A DNA stretch of 63,757 nucleotides from Balamuthia mandrillaris. Lineage: Eukaryota. The notes beneath the pieces are model-generated. The model did not search any database. It was not told the origin of the DNA and saw nothing but the letters and a program-made list of their open reading frames with translations. The stretch covers positions 372,001 to 435,757 of the forward strand of contig JAVKOQ020000011.1 of NCBI GenBank assembly GCA_031835245.2, in the 5' to 3' direction. How positions within the stretch are numbered: position 1 is the stretch's first letter; every line of letters begins with the position of its first letter. Both the position numbers and the translations under genes were made by a program. This document shows positions 13,741 to 26,355 of the stretch, piece after piece.

Positions 13741-16237
13741 ATGGAGATGGACTCTGATGAGGATAACGTTCTTTTTGGGTTTGAGGCGCAGGAAGATGAG
13801 GAGTTCAACGAAGGCACGACGGGTTTGCTAGGCATGACCGTGTCGTCCACGACGGCTCCCCCCTCTTCGTTCTCTGCTGCTTCCGCCTCCGCTTCCAAAA
13901 GCTTTGCTGCCCCTTCTCCTCCCCTCCTCAGCAACATCACCCATACCTCCAGCACTTCGTTTTCTTCTTTTTCTTCTTCCTCTGCTTCTGCTTCTCCTCT
14001 TCCTCAAGATATCTTGTCTGTACATACCCAAAGCGCCACCTCCCCCACCCTCGAGAATACTATTTCCTCGGGGGCCTCATCCTCGACTCCCTCCGCCGAA
14101 CTACAAAAAACGCAAAACGGCGGCAGCTACAAAGCGTTTGACGGCATTTTCAAAACGCCTCTTTCCACTCCCAAGACGGCAACCTCCACAAAACCCCGTG
14201 CTGAAGCTTCCGTGGTTTGTTGTTGTCTCTCTTTGTTTTTTTTTTCTTGTAGTGTGAAATACCGTTCTCATCTGATCTCTTTGGTTTGCTTTTTTTTTTT
14301 GGCCTCCGCTTCACCAACGGAAGCCACCACAGAGCACTCAACACAAAAAAGAATTTGCCAAAGAGTTTCTTTCCGTGCATTCGTCTGCTTCCTCGTCTTC
14401 CTTCTCTGCTCGCCCAAAACAGCAGCAGCCACAACCACAACCACAACCAAATGCGTTGCGCTTCATAACACCTGGAGGCTCTCTGGCAGCAAAGAAAAAG
14501 AAAAAGAAGCAAAGAGTGTTGGTGTTGGATGAGGAGGACACGGACAATCATGACGAGATGAAGAAGGAGAAAAAGAAAAAAGCGGACCAACAGCCACACC
14601 TACTGGAAGAGGAAGAGGACGAAAAGGACGAAATAGAAGACTTTGATGACGACTTGTTCTCCCAAACACAAATGACAGGCGTTCCAAACAAAAAGAGCCT
14701 CTCTCGCAACCGACGACGACGAAGCCGCATCCCTGGACCAGCAGGAGACCTGGAGGACATTATCGATTCCCCTCTGAAGAAAGGCAAGAAGAAGACGCTG
14801 CTAACCTCTCTTATCGAGCCACCGGCCTCTCAATCGCCCATCATCCTCAAAGAAAAGCTGGAGAGCTCTGTGGACACTGCCCAGGATAAGCTTGTCCTTG
14901 GGCTGGACCCTTACCTCAGCACAGAAGTGCTGCCCAAGAAAGACCCTGACTTTTACAGAGGTCCGTGGTTGAGCATGTGCCAAACGTTTGATCTACCTCC
15001 CTTCACCGCTGCCATTCAACGGTTGGCTTCCTCCCTCTCCAAATCTTTATCGCAACAGTCGCAGGATCCAGAAAGGAGCTCTCAGCCTCGCTCTCAGGAA
15101 CATATTCGTGGCATGATTCGCAACAGCGTGGCTTTGGAATGGAGCATAGGGTTGATCTTGGAGCAGACCTACGTGGAGAGGATCAGCCATTTGTTCGTGC
15201 TGGTGAAGACCATGGTCACAGATATCAATGCCAGCGTCACATTGAAGGATCCTACCGGAGAAATGCAAGGTACAATTCATCACAAAGCGTTAGCCTTCTA
15301 TCGGAACAAGATACGTGTTGGCGCTGTGCTAAAACTTGTTAGGGTACTGTTCTTTATTTTAATGATTATGCGCACTCTTGCTGGGCTGTTTTTTTTTTTT
15401 CCTAATGTGACGTACATTCAGGTGACTGTCTTCAGTCCAACCCCAGAGCAGCACTACCTTAATATCACACTAAATAACATTGTAGCCGTTTGGCCTCGCA
15501 ACGAACCGCGTCCACGAGAACTACGAGTTAATATTCTTCCTGTCTCCTTCCTTCTCTCGTTTTTCTCTCTCTCTTTTCTCTGGTTCTTTGTCTTCTCTTC
15601 TCTCTTCTCTTTTCTCCTATCTTTTAACAATGACGAGCAGAATATTCCAGATTGGCGTAACACGAATCCTTTGACAATCTACGCACGACGAGCGGTGGAA
15701 CCTTTGCTCAAAGCTTCCCAGCAACGCGCCCAACAAAACGTCCAACAACCATCCAATGCCAACAGAGGCACACAGCATCCGTCAGGTGGTGCTCCTTCCT
15801 CAATGCCTTTCATGAACTCTGCTATCGTCCAACCTCAACCTTCTGCCATCATGTCGCCCCGATTTCCTGTTCCCACTAACAATAACAGCAACCCTCGACT
15901 TCCTCCTCCGCCTCCACGCATGCCACACGAAACGTTCAGCCAAGCATTTGCACAACAACTGGCCACGCCACCACAACCTTCTTATTCCACGCTGCCGTTT
16001 GGCGCTCCTCCATCCACACAACCCCAACTACCACCTGCAACACAAAGAAACTACACCCACCAGCATCATTCCTATCCTGATTACACTACTCCACCACCAG
16101 CCGCATTCAACGCATACAAACACGCGCAGACCATGGATGCGCCGTATGATGATGATCAATACGCGGAAGATGACCTCCTCTTTGCAAACCTGGACCCAAA
16201 CTTTCTTCTTGGTTTGGAGCGGCGCCAGATCAACTAA
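13741..16237 (+). CDS. HROB: HROB/C17orf53 (MCM8IP, DUF4539)-like OB-fold protein with low-complexity flanks
   Basis: SVTLKDPTGEMQGTIH..GAVLKLVR/VTVFSPTPEQHYLNITLNNIVAVW matches the DUF4539 core, with an upstream DFYRGPWLSM motif. Confidence 0.8.
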
Positions 16238-16982
16238 TCTCGAAATGAATCTCAATTCTATCTGAGATATCCTATTTAGGTACTTTGTCGACGTAATATA
16301 CGTGATCAGAAAATGATCACTTGATCACACTACAACCCGACAACTTTGATTGGCTCAGTCGGTCAACAAAATAACTGGAAGGATAATCTACGAAGCTACC
16401 ACGCATAGCAACACCGGAATTCCCGGATTAAAAATGCACGACCCACCTAACGTGCTATACCGTAAAAGGTCCGCTAATGCCCATAATTGGCCAATTCGGA
16501 ATCTCGGTGAAATCTGGTGGTCAACCTTCCGGCCTAAGTCAACCATACGATGATCAAATAAGGTGACGATCAGTCGCCCAGTAGGAAGTAGTTCCTACGA
16601 TTTATTTTCTTCTTCTTTTATGGCGATGTTCGCCCTTTACATGGGCATTAACGATTTAAAAAAAGAATTTGGAGGGGGGATCACCAGGCCACCTCCTTTG
16701 GGGGGTTGTAACATTTTTTTTTTCCACCGATAGGTGTGTTTCTGGTGGTGGTTCAGCTATTCTCCCCGCCCTCTCCGTTTTTCTGGGTCCACCCGAAGCA
16801 AGAGAAACGAAAAAAGCAACAGTGGAACATTGGAAATCGAGAGGAAAAAAAATAAACATTCGCCCCCAAAGATTTCTTCTTTCGGTTTCGGAGTACGGCA
16901 GCCGTTCTGAAGCAAAAGGAGAAAACTCTTGCTTAGAGGGAAGCAAGTTCGTGAAGGAGAGAGAACTTCGAACCTATTGTGA

Positions 16983-19051
16983 ATGATGATGCTGATGATG
17001 AAGTCACAGCCACTGCTTCCAATTGCTTGCCATCCAAACGCGCAAGGCCAATACTTTCGACGTGCTGAACCGCCTGAAAAAGAAGAGGTTTGTTGTTTTT
17101 TCTTATACTTCTCTTATTCTATCCTATCTATGTAATTTTTTTGTGGTGATACTGCTTTTTTGATAATGTTAAACAAATATCTAATCTTCCCCTTGCTTTA
17201 TTTTGTTTTATTTTTGTGTTTATGTTTATGTTTATTTTTTCTTTTGATGGATTTGAGTTGCAGATCCTGAAAGCTGCAATCGGATTGAACGACCTATCAT
17301 CCAGAAGTTCATCCACACCATCATCCAGCGAGCAAGAAGCGCCTGGCAAACCTCGAATCAACGCCAAGCAATGGTTCGTTTTTCTTTTTCTCCTCTTCTT
17401 TTCTTTTCTGGGGCATTTTCCTCTCTCTCTCTCTCTCTCTCTTTTTCTGCAATCACCAAGTTTTCCTTTTGAGAGGAAGAACGATTTTCCCATCCTTTGC
17501 TGCCCCCCCCCTTTTTCCCTTTCTGCTGTTGCTGTTGTTGTTGTTTCGTCATCTAACCTAATTGCAACAACAACGACAATCAACACCACACCACACCACA
17601 CAACCCACCCACCCCCACACACACACGCACAAAACTATGATGCATTTTTGTTGCGCTCATCACCAACTCGCAGCCTGGAAGAGGAGGCCGAACGTGCGGA
17701 GAAGGCACCCTCTTTTGGCCGCCTTGTTGCCAATAGCGGCAACCAGCCGTGTGCGGCCTTCATCCCCTATCCACACCATCATCTTCCGCAATCCTATCCA
17801 CAACCGCAACCTTACCCACTCTTTCCACAATTTGCTACAGCCATAGCAAAGAGTCCTTCAGCTTCTTCCTCCTATCAGAGCAACAGTCTTTCGCTCCAAC
17901 AGCAACTGCATCACCCTCAAGCCATGCCGTACTTCAATTTACAACAGCCATTCCTTGCAGCAGCCACAACCAACACCAACAACAATTACAACCTTCAAAA
18001 TACCCCCACCACTGCCCATCCCTTCGCCACACCTGTTCCTTCTGGTCATCTCCAACCTCCGCCTCACTCTCATCCGCATCCGCTTTCACATCCTCCCCAG
18101 AGCCCATACTCTTGGCCTTTCCATTTGATTCCGCCGACTATGCACGCTCACAATACCGTCTTCAACAACACCAGCAAAGAGACCGAAGCAGCCGCAACGA
18201 CTACAGCTACAACTACGATGAACTCCAAAGCAACCCCCTCATCTGCATTACCTCAACAAGGAACTGCAGAAGGATCCGCCGCATCTGCAGTACAACACAC
18301 TCCTCATAGGGCCGTAACCCAGACAAGTGCTACCAATTCATTCTCTCCTCTTTCTCTGATGCTTGCTCCAACCGACCTCACGGCAGTAGCTGCAGCAGCA
18401 ACGCTCGTGTCTCCTGCTGCTGTGAGCAAAGAAGGGAGCCAGAACAGAACTTCTTTCCTTAAACGAAAAAGATCATCGTCATCTTCCAAGCCTAAGGCTT
18501 CTAGTGACAAAAACATCAAAGAGCAATCTCCTCCGCGCAAAGAGAGGAGGCGAAACAGTGGTTCCAGAACACGAATATGTACTTCATGTAAAACGGAGAA
18601 CTCGCCCATTTGGCGCAGAGGAGCAAACAACATGAGGTACATTTCTCTTTTCTTTCTTCTCAGTTCAATGGAAGGAAACCAACTGTTGTTAAATAGGTTG
18701 TGTAATGCCTGTGGCTTAAAACATAGACGAAGTTTGAAGAAGAAAGCGACAGCTTCACAACAATCGTCTGCACTGCCGGAGAACGCACCATCATCGCCTT
18801 CTCCTCCCGCTTCATCTTCTTCTTCCTCTGACAAACCCTCTGCTTCTGCTCCTTCCTCTTCTTCCACCACCTGTGTCACTTCTTCTCCACTGTCTTCTTT
18901 GTCGTCTCCGCGTTCTTCGTTCTCTTCGTCTCCCTCTGCATCCTTTTCCATTCCTTGTCCTCCATCCTTTTCATCCGCCGCTCCTGCTTCATCATGGCCA
19001 TCAAAAGCAACATCATCTTCAAAGATAAGCATAGCTTCTCTTCTTAATTGA
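16983..19051 (+). CDS. GATA-type zinc-finger transcription factor; multi-exon, start approximate
   Basis: CTSCKTENSPIWRRGANNM/RLCNACGLKHRR finger split by an intron, a basic NLS-like stretch upstream, and Q/P/S/H-rich regions. Confidence 0.88.
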
Positions 19052-19127
19052 ACGAGTTTATTGGGTTTGCTTGTGTACATAAAACTGTTCAACAAACGCG
19101 AATGTTACATTTACTTCTTTTTTCTTT

Positions 19128-19185
<58 letters not shown>

Positions 19186-19187
<2 letters not shown>

Positions 19188-20419
19188 AACTCCAACAACA
19201 AAACAAACAAACGCTACAACAAGACCCAAAGAACAAAACCAATCCCACCAGCCACGTCGGCGCCAACACCGCCATCCAAGCCGTTCCCTCCATCACTCCC
19301 GCCCCCTCCAACTTCAAGCATATCAACACCTCCTGACAGACAAACGGCAGATAGATCAACATCGGAAGAACGACGCTGCTCCAAAGGTGCCGTTGGCGAA
19401 CCACCGCGTGGAGCTGTAGGTTGCTGAGCAGCAACAATGCCAACACGCCGGTCAGGTACCACAACGGCAGGAAGAGGAAGAACTGAGAGGAGAAGGGGGA
19501 GGAGGAGGAGATGATGTCGGCGGCGCGGAGGGCCTCAAGGAAGCTGAAGAGGAGGCTGCAGGTGACCGCGGTGAGAGGCAAGAGGTCGAACATGCGAAAG
19601 AAGGAGCGATAGTCATGCTGTTTCAATCCTCTGTAGCTCACTTCATCGTCGCTTAGCGCGGATGACCCCGATAGAAAGAACCGTTTGATAGAAGAAGAAG
19701 TCGAAGAGGAGGAAGCAGGAGAAACAAAAGAACGGGTGTAGTAGAACGGCCAATGACGATCCACTTGAAGCAGCAACAACAGAGCGGTCCAGAAGGGAAC
19801 GGCCACAACCACCCAACTGGCCTCCATCGCTCCCTCCGCCTTGAGCGGGATCAGCACGAGGAACAAGAGGAAGCTGAGAGTGCTGAGAGAGACCCACAGC
19901 CCCGCCCCGGCCACGTAGAAGCTCTCTAGCCCCGCCGTCAGGCTGATCTTGGTGCGGCGCGCTTCCTTGATGAGTAGAGGCCATAGCATGAGCAACACCA
20001 AGTTAAAGAGCGCCATGCTTATCCATGCCGGTGCAAACACTGTTTTGTTTCGGGGGGCTCAGTGAGAAAAAAGCAAAACAACGAAACGGCAAGAAGGCAA
20101 GAAGAAGGAGAAGGAGAAGAAGAAGAAGAAGAAGAAGAAGAAGAACAAGAAGAAGAAGAACAAGAACAAGAAGAACAAAAAGAAGAAGAAGAAGAAGAAC
20201 AAGAACAAGAACAAGAACAAGAAGAAGAAGAAGAAGAACAAGAAGAAGAAGAACAAGAAGAAGAACGAGAGGCAGGGATCACAGATCATGAAAGTAAGTA
20301 CCGTAATACCACGACCAAGTAATGTACTCATCCAGGCGTAACGCCACGAAGAGAAGCGAGAGGAGCAGGCTCGTGGTCCCGAAGAATATCGGTATCCCTG
20401 CTGGCGCATAATACTTCAT
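19186..20419 (-). CDS. TMEM185/TMEM60/TMEM203 (transmembrane Fragile-X-F)-like polytopic membrane protein
   Basis: Spliced start MKYYAPAG..LFVALRLDEYITWSWYY/VFAPAW, then repeated SWVVVAVPFW, FLPLW and LKLEG..WMAVLAPTW helices. One intron contains a CTT/CTTG tract. Confidence 0.75.
20101..20266. repeat. Intronic (AAG/AAC)n microsatellite
   Basis: Directly visible, in the TMEM185-like intron. Confidence 0.95.
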
Positions 20420-21006
20420 GCTATATTATATCCCTTTCCTTCTTCCCCCCCCAACAAAAAACAAACAACGATAAGAGGGGAGGGGGGGTTGGATGCAGCA
20501 GCAGCAGCAGCAGCAGAAGATCTCTCTTTTCCTTGGTGTTGTTTTTTTTTTTAAAGTTCCGTTAAAACGACAGGCCGTTTCTCTTTTTGCTGAACGCGCC
20601 AAGGGACAAAGAATGGCTCCTCATCGGCTATATTGGAATTAATATAGGCGCCACCCAATTAATAGGAGTAATTATGGCAGGCGGAGGAGACGCATAATGA
20701 TGTTTCGGCGTTACTCCCCATAATAAAACAAAAAAAAAAATACAAAAAAGAATAAGAGGAGAGGAAGAAGTGAAAAAAAAAACAAAGCGGTTAAAAAGAA
20801 AAGCCCGACCATCCTCTCTCCCGGTCTCCTCCTCCTCTTTCAACAAACGAAAGATTATTTTTTTTTTAAAAAAAATAAAAACATTAAAAAAGAGAGAAAG
20901 AAAGCAAGAAAGCAAGAGAAAGAAAGCAAGAAGAAAGAAGACGGACTTTTGTTTTTTTTTTTTTTCATGAGACTGAAATAGAAAGAAGGATAGGAAGAAC
21001 AAAGAG

Positions 21007-21401
21007 ATGGAGTTTCAAAGAGGACAGTCTCAAATCTCGGTCAAAGGAAAGAGCGAGAAGGTGAGCCTCAATGTTCGGGCCTTGCTCAGCGAAGGCAAGA
21101 AGAAGCTGGACCCCTCCGGCCGGGTCCAATTCAAGCACGGCTTCATCGTGGGCGCCTGCGAGGACGGCACCACCTTCTGCATCAACGTCTTTGACTCCCA
21201 GGGCTCCAAGGAGAAACCCATCAAGTTCTACGGCAACAAGGAGCGGGCCACCTGCTTCAAGTTCAAGGCGCCCTACCTCGTGTCCTTTCACCAGGACTGG
21301 ACCGTGCAGATCGTGAATGTGGTGACGGACGCCCGACAGACCCTCAAGATCCCGCCTGCCCAATATGAGATCGCGAACAACGATGAAAATGTTTGTCATT
21401 C

Positions 21402-21439
<38 letters not shown>

Positions 21440-24400
21440 TCTTCCTCTCTAAGCATTGCTTTTTAAATACAACAACAAACAGAACACGTTTAGCACGCGC
21501 GGAAGGATTCGTTTCCCGCAAACAGTTCAGTTCCACAGTCACGTGTTGGCGGTGGCTTCTCCCGATAAGCTTTTCCTTTGGTCGCACGACAAGATGGTGT
21601 TCAACGAGGCCGCCAAAGAGGCGCCCATCGTTACTCTTCCTGTCAAAGTTCCTCAAGGTAGCCTTTTTTTCTTTTCTTTCATGTATTTCCTTCTCTCTTT
21701 CTCTTCGTTCTCCTTTCTCCTTTCTTGTTCTTGTTCTTGTTCTTCTTGTTCTTCTTGTTCTTCTTGTTCTTCTTCTTCTTCTTCTTCTTCTTCTTGTTCT
21801 TCTTCTTGTTCTTCTTCTTCTTCTCGTTCTTCTCGTTCTTCTTCTTGTTCTTCTTCTCGTTCTTGTTCTTGCTTCTTGCTTGCCGTTTCGTTCTTTAGTT
21901 ATATCGTCGACGCTTAACAACAGCACAAAAAACAAAAAGGTTTGAAAGAAAAGTTTTGTAGCTTAGACGGGACCAACAACGTGCTGTTGCTCGGCGGAGC
22001 GGACGAGTTTCAAGTATGGGACTTGGAGAAACTGCGCTTGCTCTCCGTTGGGTCCGTCTCCAAAGGCGCTCAGTCCTTCTTTCAGCTCAAAATGAGAGAC
22101 GATACCGTTATAGCCACCACCTTTGACACCTTGGCCATTTGGAACATCTTCATGCCCGTCAACACCAAAGTTGGCGCGCACATTCATGCCTCGTCAGATG
22201 CCAACAGCAACCATGCCAACAACAACAACAATTGCAACGCTGCAGCCATAAAGAAGGCGCCGGTGACGCAGCCGCCGACGCTGGTGGTGAGAGAGAAGGT
22301 CATCCCGGAAGTGAAAGACTTGCCGAACCCTAATATTCTGGAGACACGCTCAACTATATGCTCACTCTTTGTGGATGATCAGTACATCATTACAGGTATG
22401 TTTGGCATTCGCTTCGCTCTCCTCCTCCTTCTCCTCCTCCTCCCTTGATATGTTCTTCTCTTGTTTTTTCTGAACACAAAATGAAAAACCTTTTCCAAAC
22501 AAAACAGGAACAATCGACGGCAGAGTGAGCCTTTACGTTCGACAAACAGGACAACTTCTACGAGAGATTGATATCTACCAAGAGGAAATCCACCAACTTT
22601 CTTCCTCTCCCTCATCATCTTCACCCTCTTCCGACAGTTTATCTTCTTCTTCTCCTTCAGATATGAAAAACAAAGTAAACAGCCTTCGGAGATGGGGGGA
22701 GTGGCTCTTTTGCGGTTCTGCCAACCAACAGCTTTCGGTGTGGCCCCGTCATGTACCTCCTTCTTCTTCTTTCAAGTCCATTCGTGTTCTTCCGTTCAAA
22801 GAGGAGATAAGCAACCTGTTCATCGATGTGGAACAAGGTAAAATAGTGCTCATCATGAAACCGGGAAAAGAGACGAAGGAAAGCAAGAAGAAGGACAAGG
22901 ACTCGTCCTCATCATCGTCGGGGAGTGGTCCTGCTACCACTTTTCGTATTGTCAATCCGAAACTAGAAGGCTTGCCGGTGACTACGTTGAAGGTACCCTT
23001 TATCTTACTTGAAAGAAGCACGAAGAAAGAATGCAGAAGAATGCGAAAGGCGAAAGGAGAAAGGAGAAAAACTAGCAGTGGAAGCAGAAGCACAGGAAGA
23101 GGAGGAGGAGGAGGAAGAAGCCGACGGACCAGAAGAAGAAAGAGGGAATAGAAATGAAGCAAGAATTTCCGAAAGAAGAGCACAGAGAGCGAGACTAGAG
23201 AAAAAGAAAGCCAAAAAGAAAAGAGGGAGAGTCTTAAGGGGTAAAACTAACAATGCACAAAAGGGAAAAGCCTACTCAGAGTTGGACGGCTCACTTGATC
23301 ACAAGTTGCTGGTCCTTCGCGCGGGCAACTACGAGGTGCTCATGATGCTGACCCACAGCGAGAAGCTCAAGGACCTGGCTGCCGAGATGACGCCCAACCT
23401 GGAGAATGTCCACAAGTCCCTACAAGAGCTTCTTACCGCCAGAAAGAACCGCTCCGCATGGCAAAACATCGTGGCGGAGGCTCACTACATAGACGACCTC
23501 TACATCACGCTGAAGGAGCTTCGTGCCAAACTGGACTCTCTAAAGTCGATGACGAAGCTCTCTCGCATGTTGGGATCGGTCTCGCTGCGTTCCTCTCTGG
23601 AGATGCTCAACTCTGGCATTCACTCCAACTTTCAAAACTTTATCGCCAGCCTTAGGGTTTACACTCTGCAAAACAAATGGGAAGAAGCGGCAACGCCGGG
23701 CAAACAAGGAGCAGCACCAGTGGCTCCGTTGCTTCGAAAGCAAACGGTGATCGTTCCTCCGATTCTCACTCGTCAAACTCCTGTTGTCATAGCCGAAAAG
23801 ATTGCAACTTCTTCTCCCAAAACAGATAACCGAAAGAAAGGCTCCTCTTCTTCCCCATCATCGCCATTATCCGCTTCAGGCCCAGCTGTGAACCTTTCCG
23901 ACATCCTAAACCGAAGGGCCTCTCTTGCCTCTCCACTCAGTGACGCAAAATCGTTGACGATGACGGCTGCTATAGGCAGATCGTTTGCTGCCAATGTGGC
24001 TGCAGCGTCAGCTTCAGCAGGAGGAGCAAATAATAACATGAAGAGTCCGCGCGGAGGCAGTTCAAGGTCACCACGCCCGATGAGCACTGCGCTGGAGAGA
24101 ACGCCCTCGGCATCTTCGTTAATACCACCAACCGTTCCTCCTCGCAATTATCACTCTCTGCAAGGCATCAAGGAGGAAGCTGCGTTGAGACAGAAAGAAA
24201 GAGAGAGGGAGAAGGAGGAGAAAGAGAAAGAAATGGAAGAGGAGAAACGAGCCCAAGCCCTCAAAACGTTGGAGGAAGAGCTGGAAAGAGAGATCCAACA
24301 ACAGCAACCAAAAGAAGAGACAGCAACTAGTCCGACATGGTTGCCAAAGAAAGATTACAGCAGAAGAGGAACGTTTGGAGATACCGACAAACCGTTGTTT

Positions 24401-26142
24401 GTATCGGCTGGCATTGCCTCGGACACAGAACAAACATCTTCTCCATCAACACCACCAATGCGTCGTCCTCCTTTGCCTCCGAAAAGAGGATCCACTATCA
24501 CTCTTTCCGCCGAACGAGTGCACCCAATCAGACAACCCTCCTCAAATACTGCCTATACTGAGCTATACGGCGAGGAAGGAGAAGTCCTTTTGAAGAGAGC
24601 TGAAGGAATAGAAGAAGAAGAAGATGTATATGAAGGAATGCCACAATACCGACAACAGCAAGAACAGCAACCACAACCAACAATGAGCGTCATCGATAAC
24701 AATAACGCCAACAAATATGGAGCATTACCGATGACAGAATACATTATAATGACACCGCAACCGTCATCATCACCGCCACAATCGCCATTGATGGACGAAG
24801 ACGAGGACATCTATCAGTCATACACGCTAGGATCTGTTTACCGAGCCATTAGACAGGAAGAAACTACCGCGTTTGCTTACTTATGGACAACTCACTTTGG
24901 CACATTGGTACTTCCTCCTTTCTTCTTTCGTTTCTTTTCCTTGCTTTCATTTTCTGTTCTCTTTGGGTGTATGTTTTGTTAACAACTCACTCACAACAAA
25001 TGAACAAAGGCGATGGTACCTTGGTCAGAGTTTATAATAACATTGCGAGAGAAGGTCAACCTCTCCATCTCTTCCGCCGATGAAAGGTTGTTGGCTCATA
25101 TCATGGGTAATCTATTCTCACTTTCTTCCTTTCTTGTCTTTTCTCTTTCTACCTTTCTTTGTTGCAACAAACTTGACTGATGAATGGAACTATCAGACAC
25201 ATATGGAACGGGTTTCGTAAGTAAACACAAATGTAAAGAATGGTTGAAAGGCTTTGGCCCCGTCGAAAGAGCTGTTGACAACGTATCTCTCTCTCTCTCT
25301 CTCTCACTCATTCACTCAACCTTTTACTGACCTTGTATCAAACTTTCTTACCAAAAGACACGAAAGATCCTCCAAGAGCCGTACGTTTCTTCTGTCCACT
25401 TTCTTGTTTTGCGTTTTTCTCTGTAAAACATAATTAATGTTTAAAAAACAAAAATAGATGGTTTCATGGATGGTTATCACGAACAGAGACAGACCTTTTG
25501 CTGGGTTCAGAGAAGGCGGGCACGTTCCTCGTTCGCTTCAGCGAGAGTTCACCTGGAGACTTTACGGTGGGCTTCATCATGAAGGATAAAGACCATAAGT
25601 TGGACGTGCGTCAGATCCTCATCACCACCGACGAGAACGAAGAACTGAGGTTCAAAGTGAAGCAGCCGGACCGGTCCTTCAAGCACTTTGCCAGCCTGCA
25701 CGATGTTGTGGCGGCCTACAAGCGATTCCTCCGTCGGCCCTACCTCTCCCATTTGTTGCAGTACGAGTGGTTCCATGGGGATCTTACATCTTCTGAAACA
25801 GAGGTTCATTTCTTTATCTTCTTTCTCTTCGTCCTCTTATGTGAAAGATATCTGATCGTTTTTGTTAAAAAAATATAGGAATTGTTTGCTAACCAAAAGG
25901 AAGGAACCTTCTTGCTTCGTTTCGGCCGAAGAAGTCCGTACGCTTCCTCGTTCGTGGGGCAAGGCGGCGTGGTCTGCCACACCTCCATCATGATAACGAC
26001 GGACGGCTTCTACCAACCGGTCGGAGAGGAACGAAGGTTCTCTTCGTTGGAGGAACTGGTCCGCAGTTACCCTTCCGTGCTGCGTGTACCCTATTTATGC
26101 TCTCGTGCTGCCCTCTATCGCCTCAAGCAGCAATCCTCATAA
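21007..26142 (+). CDS. Large adaptor: N-terminal WD40-like beta-propeller, helical bundle, Pro/Tyr-rich linker, Cbl/SHK-like EF-hand-like region and two C-terminal SH2 domains
   Basis: WD-like blades FQVWDL, LAIWNI, KVNSLRRWGEWLFCGSANQQLSVW. An in-frame phase-0 intron at 22993-23263 joins the two halves. SH2 motifs WFHGWLSR..GTFLVRFSES and WFHGDLTS..GTFLLRFGRR. Confidence 0.8.
21723..21870. repeat. Intronic (CTT/GTT)n microsatellite
   Basis: Directly visible. Confidence 0.95.
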
Positions 26143-26165
26143 CCTTTCCCAATACTATCCTGTTT

Positions 26166-26201
<36 letters not shown>

Positions 26202-26355
26202 CTGCTTTGCTTTTCTTAATTGTAACAGTTAGCCCAAACGACGATCGGCTCTCATTAAATTTTTGAATTGTGATTGGCGAAAAATCTCTGATCATAAATG
26301 ATCAATTTGTGTCGACACCATGTCGCCACAAAAGAGAAGAATAGAATAGAAAAGA

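Noticed and set aside
16240..16980. Possible ncRNA/tRNA in this intergenic region (also 40400-41650)
   Set aside because: No cloverleaf, A/B boxes or snRNA/snoRNA motifs recognised; only scattered CCAAT-like words, too weak to call.
18304..19095. 263-aa minus-strand ORF and similar antisense ORFs over Ser-rich exons
   Set aside because: Antisense to low-complexity coding sequence of supported genes.
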